Part shown: positions 44,701 to 57,800 of the stretch, one piece after another
Layout of the letters: each line of letters begins with the position of its first letter
Numbering within the stretch: the stretch's first letter is position 1
NCBI RefSeq assembly: GCF_001194135.2
Contig: NC_069002.1
Span: forward strand, 37,120,538 to 37,184,537
Direction: 5' to 3'
From: Octopus bimaculoides
Taxonomy: Eukaryota
Length of the DNA: 64,000 nucleotides
The notes under the pieces: generated by a model
Told to the model about the DNA's origin: nothing
Seen by the model: only the letters and a program-made list of their open reading frames with translations
Database searches by the model: none
Translations under genes and position numbers: made by a program

Positions 44701-47700
44701 GGCTGGCCCCTTGTCCAGTGGGGAGGTGTCAGTGAACCACTTTTATACTGGCCAAGTTACAATATACCACAACAGGAGAAAAATAAGCTGCAGCTGCATG
44801 TAATTAATAATTCAATTGAGAATTTAATTTAATTTTATATAAATTTGTTCCATGGTGAAAAGTGAATTGAGATCAGTTTTGGACAGGGTTCTTTCTTCAA
44901 AGAAAAGAGACACGTAGTCCCAAGTTAGATTGAGAAGATCTTAGAACCAAAGACAGCTCCGATTTTCTTGCAGTGGAAAACATTTTAGACTGATGAAAAG
45001 TTTGGCATTTTGGAATACGTGAAGTTTAATGGTTAAAACTATAAATGAAAAACGATGAAATCTAACAATAAAAGATAACTTTCTTAAAGAAATTGCACAT
45101 AAAAATAATAAAACCTACCGATCCATCGGGCATCTCCATTGTTTTAGAAGATTGTAAAAGCTGAATCATGGCATCTGCTAAGTAACCTTCCGATGCCAGT
45201 TGATAGCCAGGGGACTTTGGGCTAGAATTGAAGTCTCCACAAATCACATGAGGGTTAGAGTCACTGCCAGCTCGATTTACAACTTCCCTGATAGCTCGTG
45301 CAATCTAAAACATAAGAAAAAAAAACAAACTATTAAGGTTTTTCTCCATTGGCACAAGGACACAAATTTGTATTTGTAAGTCAATTGAAAACCAACCATG
45401 CTACTTTTGTAACATTTTATTGATGTAAAATGAAGTGAGACAAAAATGACCTGAATAGGAATCAAACTTACGACTAAACTAAATAGACTAAACAATCTGA
45501 TATTACATTTCTGCAATTCTTCCATAACAAGGATGATAACAGCCATCATTAAGGCCACACAATTAGAGGAAGATCACTAATTAATTGAACAGCATAATTA
45601 TTGATTGCAATTTTGACACCCCACCACCACTACCATATCTAGTTTATCTGTTTACCCATGTTACCATTTGTTAGACAAATATATTGAGGTATAGTTTTAC
45701 AGCCAAATGCCCTTCCTGTCACTAATTTATACCTGTTTAACCATTTAGCATTTAAACTGGCCGTAAAAATAAACAATCACGTCAATAAAATGATTAATTT
45801 TAAAAAATGTCAACATGCTAAAGAGTTAAAGTAAAAAAAAATTTTATTCCACAAATCTTAGAAAGCAGCAGAGACGATGACACCACCACCTGCAGCTCAG
45901 CAATTTTTGGAGAAGCATAAATTGAAATTAACTCTCACATACACCAGCAAAAACTGCCTCTATCGCTCTATGTACATTCACATACAAATGACAAGCTTCT
46001 AGTTTCCACCTTATCAGATTTTATTCCAAAATATTAGCCAGCCTGTGTTGAAAGATTTTTGTTCAATATGTTATACAGTTGAAAAGCAAAGCCAGAACCA
46101 CATAGTTGCAAGGCTATGCCATCTTAACAGCAAATACACTGAGCCCAAAAGAAGTCACTTACCTGGACACACTGAATGTTCGGAAGCTTGAAATTGCCCC
46201 AGTTGATATGAACATTTCCAACTGTGATAAACTTGCCAGTATTTTTACATCGAAGCCTTGTAACAAGAAGTACATCAGGCAGACACATGAAGCGACGTAC
46301 TGATTCTTTAACTTCTTCCGAGAGACTCATTTCTTGAATGTCCTATACAGAGAAATACAATTGCAGCCACGTATTAAGTAGAATTAAAAACTTAACATTT
46401 TTGAAGAGGACTTGAGATTTGGTCCAGTAGAAAAAAGTTTACATCAAAATTTCTGCAATGTTATAGGAGAGTAAGTGACACCTCCAATCAAGTTTAGATG
46501 TAATTTTTTTTATTTAAAAGCAAAATATATTTATCTTAGCTTCAATAATAGAAGAAAGCATAAAGAATTTCAGTTTTGGTCCCAAGCAACAAAAATTTGT
46601 ATTAAAAAAAGTTGTGAGGTAAAATATCATGAAAAAAAATAGAAGGCAAAAATTTGTTGCTACAGGTAGATTGTACTAACTAATTATGTACTACTACTAT
46701 TTTTTATAATTGTAAAGTATGTTTAGAAAGTAGTTACTATGGACTTTTCATAGTGAGGCCAGGCAGTGGACAAGTTTCATGACCAACCATTTCACCTTGG
46801 TGAATAGTTGGAATTAGAACCAGCCTAGAAGAACTGAATACAGTACTGCTATTTACAAAGACAGCAGCTCTCCTCAGCAGTCATTTTACATCCATTGTTC
46901 CATGCTAGCATGGGCTGAACAATAAATACTATTGAGGCTTTTTTAACAGCTGGCTGCCCTTCCCATTGATAACCCAGGGGATATTTTTTTGTTTTGCTCT
47001 ACTTGTCTTCAGAAGCACAGTTATAAGGATAACGTTTCTCACAAGGAATGTCGAACAAAAACTGTTTTTAGCTCAATGTTTTCATAAACACACAGATTGT
47101 AAACACTCACTCAGACACACACACACACACACATGCGTGCAATGAACTTCCAAAGTTTCTGTTTATCAAATCTGGAGCCACGACAGAAGACATGATCCCA
47201 TGCTAACATGCAGTAAAACAGAACTTGAGCCGACATGAAACAAAGTGAACTCCATATCCCACACGACCAAGCCTAGTTGAGTGGGAGAGAACTTTGGGTT
47301 CTTTAGTCTTGGATGTTACAAGGCCACCACTTCACCAGTGCTGGAAAAGAAAAAACAAAACAAAAACAAAACCCACTGTGTAAAATGGCAGATATTAGGA
47401 AGGGTACCAGTCATTAAAACCAAACCAAAGATATTAGAGTGCAGCAGTCTTGCAATTTGTTGGGTCCTTGTCAAACTATCTTGCTGATGCCAGCATGAAA
47501 ATAGACATAAAATGATAATGATTACAATGACGATTCTGTCACATAAATTGCAGAGCTAGTAACAGGATTTAAAGAGCAAAAGCTCCTCCAGGCTACTTGT
47601 CCAACAAGTGTAATGAACCTGTCCTCAGTGATCCTGCAGATGAAGCCCAGTTGTCCACAACAAAAGAGATATATATATATTTACCTTGTCTATTAACTGT

Positions 47701-49594
47701 TTGAGACTGTAAGCTGTATTTTCAGGATCAGAAAAACGACTTGTCTTATAAAATGTTGTTTCCCCTTCATCATAGTTTTCATGAACTCTTTTTTTGTAAA
47801 AACCTTCATACCCCAATCTGAAATTAAAGTAAAATTAATCAATAAGTTACAATGTTTTAATTAAAAAAAAATACAGCTTACAGAATATATTATAAATTTT
47901 TTAAAATTACAAAAATACAGAATTACAACTCTTCATGGCAGTGAATGCAGACAACATTGGAATGTTCTTGGCAAACATGGATATTACAATTCTTACATGT
48001 AGTACAAGTCTTCCTGTCTTTTTTTAGGCCACATAAAGAACATCTTCCTTTTTCTTGGGCTGAGAAATCTCAAATGAAGTTTTCTTTTTTTGTTTCGTTA
48101 GAAGACTGTTGTTTATCACGTTCTTGTTTAGCATTAACTCCAGCAAGCTCCTCTCCTAACGGAATTAGGCACCGTCTTCTTTTATCCTTGAAACTTTAAA
48201 AGTGAAGCAGTTTAGCAACAATGAAAGCATTCACTGCACTTATATCAATCATGTTGTAGAATATAACCATGGGCCATCTTCGAGTCATTCTGTTGTAAGT
48301 GTATATATATCCTTACCATCTTATCTAGAGTATCAAATCCTCCTTTTGTTTTGTTGTAACATGTTATAACTCCAGGTTTCTTCTCAGCACTTTTCGAATC
48401 AATTGAAGGCTGAGAATGCATTGTACTCATAAGTGTGACTCTGTAATTTTTCTTGGGACAATAAGATAAGATCATAGAATCCTTTCGAAATCCAAATATT
48501 GTGCTCTTGATTTCTCTTTCTTGTCCATTTGTGAAAGCACTTGCCAGTTCAACTCTGTTCTTTCTAACTGTTCCAACTGAAGTAGTTTTCTTGCTAAGCA
48601 GCTTTCGAACCAATCCTAGACATGGAAAAAAATTATCACAAATTCTATTGCAACCAGTTTTTTCAAGTTCTTCTACAAGGTCTTCAACAACTCTTGAACC
48701 TCCCTTTTACTGGGCCCTTTCCAGTGTAGAATTGCATTTTCTAGGCATAAGATGTTTCACTGTCACATATTGCTCATACTCAGAATGGGTAGCGCCCTCT
48801 GAATGAAACTAATTGTTCAACTCTCATGCGTGAAATTGGAACATATCGATCTTGCAAATTCTGATTCCACATTTCAAATACTTCATATCTATGTATATAT
48901 GTGTGTGTGTGTATACGGGTGTCTGCTAGCAGCTAAGCCCGGTTTCATCCAGCTCGTATGGATGATGTGGTTGTAAAACCTGCTCTGTGTAAGCATTCAA
49001 CTTGCTTAGGCACGCTTATGTTAAAAAACAATTTTAGAATGACTTTTTTCTGTCAAAACGCTAAAAACAGCTGACCAAAAGAAAAACACCCAATCAAGAT
49101 TCAATCAAATCAAAAAATATACCCAAATACTAAGCGAACAAAGATGAACCATACCACTTCCAATGCGCGCACACAGAGTTGAAACGCTGTTTGACTTATT
49201 TTTTCAGCATACAATTTTCATCACCCCACGACCAAGTAGGACATCATCCCTTCCTCCCTTATTCATCTACCACCCCTTCCTTTCTCATTCATAAACACAA
49301 GAGTATTATTATAGTAGATTATCTTGGTAACCATATACAAAGCCCAGCATCACCACTGGATTATTCTACATGGCTGTGAATTTTTTGCGCAATCCCACCC
49401 AGTCATTTGACCACAAATCCCAAGACGAGAAAGAATCGCCCATGTCAAATTTATATGTATAGATATAGATATCATCATCATCGTTTAACGTCCGCTTTCC
49501 ATGCTAGCATGGGTTGGACGATTTGACTGAGGACTGGTGAAACCGGATGGCAACACCAGGCTCCAATCTAATTTGGCAGAGTTTCTACAGCTGG

Positions 49595-49635
<41 letters not shown>

Positions 49636-50012
49636 ACTACATATGTGGGAAATTCTATGGTTTGAACTAAGCTTTATTGCCAATTCTTCAACTGATAATG
49701 CCGGGTTTTNNNNNNNNNNNNNNNNNNNNNNNNNNNNNNNNNNNNNNNNNNNNNNNNNNNNNNNNNNNNNNNNNNNNNNNNNNNNNNNNNNNNNNNNNNN
49801 NNNNNNNNNNNNNNNNNNNNNNNNNNNNNNNNNNNNNNNNNNNNNNNNNNNNNNNNNNNNNNNNNNNNNNNNNNNNNNNNNNNNNNNNNNNNNNNNNNNN
49901 NNNNNNNNNNNNNNNNNNNNNNNNNNNNNNNNNNNNNNNNNNNNNNNNNNNNNNNNNNNNNNNNNNNNNNNNNNNNNNNNNNNNNNNNNNNNNNNNNNNN
50001 NNNNNNNNNNNN

Positions 50013-50062
<50 letters not shown>

Positions 50063-51412
50063 TATATACACACACACACACATATATATACATACATATA
50101 CACATATATATGCAGATATACAGGAGTGGCTGTGTGGTAAGTAGTTTGCTTAACAACCACATGGCTCCGGGTTCATTCCCACTGCGTGGCATCTCGGGAA
50201 AGTGTCTTCTACTATAGCCTTGGGCTGACCAAAGCCTTGTGAGTCGATTCAGTAGACGGAAACTGAAAGAAGCCCGTCGTATATTTGTATATATATATAT
50301 ATATATGTATGTGTTTGTCCCCGCCCAACATCACTTGACAACCAATGCTGGTGTGTTTAGGTCCCCGTAACTTGGCGGTTCGGCAAAAGAGACCGATAGA
50401 ATAAGTACTAGGCATCTAAAGAATAAGTCCTGGGCTTGATTTGCTCGACTAAAGGCAGTGCTCCAGCATGGCCACAGTCAAATGACAGAAACAAGTAAAA
50501 GAGTAAAAAGAGAGTATATATAGATATATATATAAATATATAAATCAGAAATGATCTAATTATAAACCTCACAGAGAGACTTAAGCAGCAGTGTTATGAT
50601 AAAGCAGTTGTATACTGTCAACTCAACGTGACAGTCCCAATAAGGGAATCATACTGCTGCTATTTAGCCTGGACCGCTTCCTGTCAGCCTTGACACATTT
50701 CCTGTGTCCTTATGTTTGTGAGGGGGAGACAAGCACATCCACCCAGCCTAGCCTGCATTCAGGGACATGTTTCTGAGTCTTTGCTCGTCATCAGCCTGAA
50801 GTACCAACATTAGCTGGCTGAAAATGCCTGTCAACCCCTCGCAAACANNNNNNNNNNACATGTTTCTGAGTCTTTGCTCGTCATCAGCCTGAAGTACCAA
50901 CATTAGCTGGCTGAAAATGCCTGTCAACCCCTCGCAAACATATATATTTCAAGTGAAAACACATCCACTGATTACAAAAATTAGAAATGATCTAATTATA
51001 AATCTCACAGAGGGACTTAAGCAGCAGTATTACGATAAAGCAGTTGTATACTGTAAACTTAACATGACAGTCCCAATAAGGGAATCATACTGCTGCTATT
51101 TAGCCGAGGAAGCTGGACAAATGCCTGACTGGCCTTCGTGCCGGTGGCACGTAAAAGCACCCACTACACTCTGAGTGGTTGGCATTAGGAAGGGCATCCA
51201 GCTGTAGAAACTCTGCCAAACCAGATTGGAGCCTGGTGTAGCCGTCTGGTTTCACCAGTCCTCAGTCAAATCGTCCAACCCATGCTAGCATGGAAAGTGG
51301 ACATTAAACAACGATGATGATATATACATATATAAACATATGTTGAAGTAAATGTTTTTTTTTGTGTTTTTAAATGGCTTATAAACACCTTCCATGCTGC
51401 AATTGTGTTTAC

Positions 51413-51469
<57 letters not shown>

Positions 51470-51762
51470 ATATACATACACACACATATATGTATACATA
51501 TACATAAATATATATACATGTACACATATATATATTTACATGTATATATATATATATGTATGGATACATGTATATATATATGTATAAATAATACAAAATG
51601 GGACAAGGATGCAAAACATCCAGACAGTTAGGTGATACACGAAAGGGACAAAACATAGATACACGATACCAAAAAACCCCAAAAAAGGTCATTTGGAGTT
51701 TTCTCTCTTCAGTCGAGATCCAGATTATCCTTGCAATTTCGGCTGGTTGTATATGTATGTAC

Positions 51763-51817
<55 letters not shown>

Positions 51818-54800
51818 CATATATATGTATTTATAGATTTAAACCAAAATTTAGCAAAAATATTGTATCTGTTATCAAACGTAGCAAAATACTCACAAGT
51901 GAATTTTTGTATTTATATCAATTTAAATAAGAGCTAAAATCTGATCCGTTTTAAAGACTTTATTATGACTTATGATCATTTCGATGCAATATCCAGATCG
52001 ATTCATGCATATTATAAAATATGGGATATTGTATCTCCTCAGGGTCGTATTAATACAAAGCAGACAGTAAAAATAAATAACATTCATAGACAAGATTCAT
52101 AGTTGGCCTATAATTATATGTAAATAAACAAGTTGAAAAGACACGAGCTGCAATACCACCGTACAGCATATCAGTGTTGAAACCGTAAGAAGACCAAGCA
52201 AATGATAACTGATGCAAATTTATGATGTTATTCTGTGAATTTCGATAACAAACCAATACGGAATGCTGTACATTTCAAAAAAGACCATTGGAGTTATGAA
52301 AGTAAATAAAAAATTCAGACTGAAAAAAACCGTTAGATATTAAAAATTTTTTAAAAATATAACAATATATTTTTTACACAAGTTAATGGTCACATCCACG
52401 CCCAACAAGCTTCCGCACAGTTTCTGTTTACCAAATTTCACTAACAAACTTTTCATTAACTAGAGTTATTTGTGAAAGGTGCTACACTTTGTGATTAAAC
52501 TACACACAATCACACACAAGTCAATCTGGAAAGTTAATAAAATAAAATGACTTACTTTTGCATATCAGGAGAGAGTGTCTTGCTATAGTACTCCGGTTCT
52601 ACTTCCTGCAAACATACAACATCAGCATCTATGTAGGAGAGTTCAGCCATCAACCGTTTATGACGAGCTGGGAGCTCCAGAAAGAGTTTTTCTTCAGCAG
52701 GATAACGGTCTTTTATAACCTTGTGAAAATGACAGTCGGCAAGAATATTGTACGATACAACACTGAACTGTCTGCTCTTGTCCATAATTGTGTTGCTAGG
52801 GAGGGCTGGGTTGAATCTGAAAGTGCGACTGAGCAAGGTGTCTCGATTCGGGCTACTTCCTGAAGGACTACAACTCAACCCAGAACTTGCTGAGAGTTTA
52901 GGCAACTGAGGAGGAGCTGCACTCTGAGATGTAGGCAGTGGATGTTTCAGAGAGGGTTTCGGATTACTAGGCTGAGATTTCGGCAGTGACTGCCGAACTT
53001 CAACACTGTCTTTGGGAGGGACATCATCCTTGTTCACAACAACATAGTCTGTTAGTAAAGCATCAACATTTGAGCTGCTCTGTGTACTTGACTGAGAAAC
53101 TTCTGTGGTTTCTGTCTTGTTTACTTTGCTTTCACCAGCAATCCTAGATGCTTGCTGAGAGCTTCTACTGGTCTTCTGGCCGTTAGCAACAAGATCTGCT
53201 TCTTCCTCAGCACTACGAGCTTTCTTTGAGCCGTGTGCGTCTTCCTCTGAGGAATCAGCTTTACGCTTTTTGCTTAGATCACATACTTGTTGAGATTCTG
53301 TTGACGTCTTGGTGCCGTTGATACCGTCAACTGATTCAGCTTTTGACGAGCCAGATGAAGTAACTAATAAAGGAGTACTGACAGGAGCAAAAGTGCTAAC
53401 GGGGTGACCTGCTGCTGAGTATGCAGGTTTGTTAAGTTGTGGTGTATTTACAGAACTTCCTGTGTTGTGCTGAGGTTTGGATGACATCATCTTGCTATCA
53501 TGGCTGCTAGTTGTCACATTTAGTGCTCCACAACCGGTTACTGGAACTCCAGTCTTTGGATTTGATGTAACTGCTAGACTAGGCACTTTGTCGTGAGGTC
53601 CACTGAGAGGTTTGCTTCCAACTACAGTAGCATCAGGGACCATCGATTTCACTTTGAAACTGTCTTGGCTGTTGGCTGCAGATGCCTTTAAATCAATAGT
53701 TTCCTTCCTAAATTGATCTGTATTCCCAGGTGGGGACAAAAGGGGTTTAGGTTTATTGGCAGACAGATTGACTTCTTGAGGCTCTGATGCTCTTACAGTC
53801 TGAACGACTGACTTTTGGGGATGTTGCAGCTGTTCACATTTCTGCTCTAAATTAAAACCTTTAGCATAGCTGACTGGTGATCCCTGTGGCCGGGGCATGT
53901 ATGGATTTGACCCATCAGATTTAGGCATGTAATGTCCACCATACGGCTTCTGAGTCATATCAACTGGTAACCTTCCACAACCAGGATCAGAGCTCTTTGA
54001 TGAAGACATATATTTAGAGGGGTCCATGCCAAAAACAGGCACGGGTTGGGATTTCTCATGTAAAGATTTCGTTCTGTCTGTGTCTGCAGATGTGTTACTA
54101 CCATGTGACAATGTCTCCATCTTATTTGGAGATGGAGGCACAGAAGGAGATTGGCCAGAAGGGTGTGAAGAAATAGGTTTTGAAGCAGAACCCATGGCAT
54201 GTAAAACAACTGGCTTTGAAGAAAGGCCACTTTCACTAGATTGTATCTGAGGTTTTGGAGGAGCAACACCAGCCATGTGAGTTACCTGTGGCTTTTGTAA
54301 GGCAATCCCAGCCATATGTGTCACTGGAGGTTTTGAGAGTGCTGGCGATGGAGATGAAACTTTTGGTGGGACAGTTCCTGTCATATGAGTTATCTGAGGT
54401 TTACCAGATGAAATGCTTGTACCATGAGCAACCACAGCCTTAGATGTTACCACCCCTGTCATATGAGTAATTTGAGGTTTGGCTGAATGAGCCATAGGAG
54501 GTTTCGATGCAGCAATACTTCCAGGTGGACTGCCTGGAAGCTTGGCAAAACCAGCGCTGGGATGATGAGCTTCTTGAGTGGCTGGTTTGGGGGGCATTGT
54601 TCCCATATGCCGTGACATGGCTGCACTATCTGCTGGAGACGAGGGTGTCTTTGGCATGGCAGACATAAGCATTGGATTTGAAGGGAATGTTGGAGAAAAC
54701 GATTTGCTGGCTGACATATCAGATGTTGACATTGGTGGTTTTGATGACGACGAATAATAAACAGGGTTTGATGGAGCTGCATCAGATGGCAAGATAGGCT

Positions 54801-57800
54801 TCATGGATGATGCAGTCACATGTGGTTTGTCCAAATAGTAAGGTTTGCTTTGCTTATGTTCTGCAGCAGTACTAGAAACTACTTTTGTATCAACATGTGT
54901 AGTGACCAGCGAAGGGGCCGTGGATATTTCAGCTGCTTGAGGAACTGATTTCAGAGACATCTGTGTAGCAGGGAGGGGTTTGCTGCAGTGGGTATCACTC
55001 TGCTGGGAACTTGTTTTACTGTACAGAGAAGGTGAAGTCATTGAATGTTTTACTTCTGATGCTGGGCTATTTGGTTTTAAAGTAACCTTAGTTGGGGATG
55101 CAGTTACAACAGGTGGCTTGCCAACTGAAAAATCTGGTGTTGGCTTACACGAAGGTATCCTTTGGGGTAAGGCAGCCGTAGTAGGTGGAGCATGCGCTGA
55201 TGAAACTGATTTGGAAAATCCGGTGTGTGGTGTTGATATCGGATATGATGTACAACTAGCATGAGGTGGCTTCAGAGACAAATCGTGTGTATGTGAAGGG
55301 TCTATATCTCGAGTGCCACTTGATACTCCAGATACATTCCCTGTACTCATTGCTTTCTCACTTGGCATTCCGCTCGTAACTGGTTGCTTATCTTTTGGTG
55401 GTGTAGACTGAGGTGGGGTTTTGATATTAGAAACCATGGGCAAAGGCTCAGTAGGCCGAACAGAACTTACTGGAGTTGGAGAAGGTTTTCCTGAAAGGGA
55501 TTCAACATTGCTGGTCTTGGTACTTAGAGTAGATAACGAGGCAGGACCTGATGGTTTAGCAGGTAATGATTGTGAAGAAGTATAGCTCATTATCTTGGGG
55601 GTGACTGGTGAGCTATGTCCAGGTTGCTTTGAAGATAAATCAACACCTGTTTTGCTTGGTGACACTGCCAGTGAAGAACCTTCAGAAGGTCTTTGAGGTA
55701 TTGTAGAGTGATCAGGTAACTTAGCAGGTGAGAAAGTAGAAGTGACAGGACTGGCTAATTTTACAGGAGAGCCATGCATGGTGACATGAGATCTGACAGG
55801 AGATCCAACTTGGCTTGCTTCAGTGAAATGTTTAGAAGGAGAGTAAGCCATAATAGAAGGAGTGTGTGATTTGAGTTCAGGTTTTACAGGAGATTTAGCA
55901 GGGAAACTGCCGACACTAGGCACTGCAGATGGCTTGGATGATGGTGAAGTCACATTAGTTGTTGTTTGTGGTGGTGGAGTTCTCTCCATAGCAATGGTAG
56001 TCTTGGCACTTGGAGCTTGAATTACAGGGGTTTTTGCACTAACCATGCTGAGCGGCTGAGTTATAGAAGGTTTTGCAGTTTTATCAGAAACAGCTTTATC
56101 TGACGGTAAGGGATGAGGTTTCATTTCTCCAGTGTTAGGTGGTTTACTACAAGTCACAACAGATTCAGACTTTGATGGAGAGCTCTTCAATAGGGGTGAT
56201 GAATCAGGTACGTCTTTGCTTATTTTTGCAGAAACAGTCTCTGAATTAGATTTAGTCAAAGATGACTGAACTGGCAGGTCTTCAGTTTTGGGAACACTGG
56301 CTAATATTGGAGAAGATTTTGGTGCACTTTCAATTACAATGGACTCTGATTTAGAAACTGTTTTTACTGGTTCTGAAGGTTTGGTAAGATTCACTGGAGA
56401 TTTAGCAGCAATTTTGGAAGGGGATTCCCTTTGCTGCTGGTGTTCAGCAGACACTGGTGAATGAAGCCCAGCTACAGCAGGTGGCGCTTTTGATATGTGA
56501 ACTTCAGTTTGGTGTTTCACTGGACTCTTTGACAGATCAATTACACCAGTCGATGGAGTGGTCATTTTAGCTGTGGCCATTACAGTTGGTGTACTTGTTA
56601 CAGTAGCTTGTACTGCTGCTGGTTCAGCTTTCTTGGGCGAGCAAACTGCTGAAAGTGGTTGCTTTGTGGGAGTTTTCTTGGGCGATGGCGTCTGAGATAT
56701 CTTTGTCGGACTCTCAACCACATCAACTTCCATATCAGTCTCAATTCTTTCTGTTGTTTTCGATTCAGTAAATGATGTTACAGCTGCTGGAATCTGTTTC
56801 TTTTCTTCGGCTTTCTTCTCAGATTCAGCCAACTTGGGCTTCTGATCAACAGTACTGCTTTTGCTAACCTCAACGGTAGCCCCTGCTATTTCCTCTGGAG
56901 CAACTTTAGTGGATTCCTTTTCTGGAGATGTTTCAGTAGCTCCTTTGCCAACACGCTTCTTTTTCAAAGCTGGTGAAATAGATTCTGGTGATTTTTCAAT
57001 TTCAACAGCGCCCCTTTTGCGACATTTTGAATCAGAGGAGATGGACTGTTCTGATTCTTTGGTCGTGCCTTTAAGACCAGAGTCCTCACTGCTCTCCTTT
57101 GTTCCACTCTTTGCATCACTTACTCGGTCAACATCACTCACCGCTTTACTTTCACTTTCCTCAACCACATCACTACTTTCTTTCTTGCCTGTTTCTTTCT
57201 CTTCCTCTCCTGACTTGCTCGCATCTTCACCACTGACTTCCTTTGATTGTCCCCTGCTCCTTGCACGAGCAGCACGCCCCTTCGGCTCTTCAACAACAGA
57301 ATCAACCTCCTCCTCCTCTTCTGCAGCTTTCTTCCCCTGGCCCCTACTTCTGGATCTCGCCGTTCTACCTTTCGCTACTTCTTCAGTCACTGCATCCTCG
57401 GATTTTCGACCCACAGACCTCCGGCTCCTCGACTCAGGACGCGCTTCACTATCAGCGGAAGCTTGCTTTTTGTTTGGAGTTTTCCCTTTGTCCTGATCCT
57501 CTTCAGCACTAGCCTCTTCCTCTTTAGTAACAGTTTCTTTGACAGACGGAGATTTTCCTTTACGTGTTGCAGCACTTTGTCCCTTCTTTTCAGCAGCAGC
57601 AGCTTGGCCCCGCCCTGCTTTACCCCGTGCTGGGGTCTCTTTCACTTCAGATTGAGACTTTGACCGGCTTCGGCCTTTTGTAGCGGGAGTAGTGGTCTCT
57701 TCCTCAGATGATGACTCTTCTTCCTCTTCAGCTTCTTTACTTTGCCGACTCTTTCCTTTAGCAGCACTTTTGGCAGAGGACTGCCGTCCTATCGTCCGAC

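Noticed and set aside
50766-50940. Exact ~80-bp duplication around a 10-N gap
   Set aside because: Same contig-overlap artefact.
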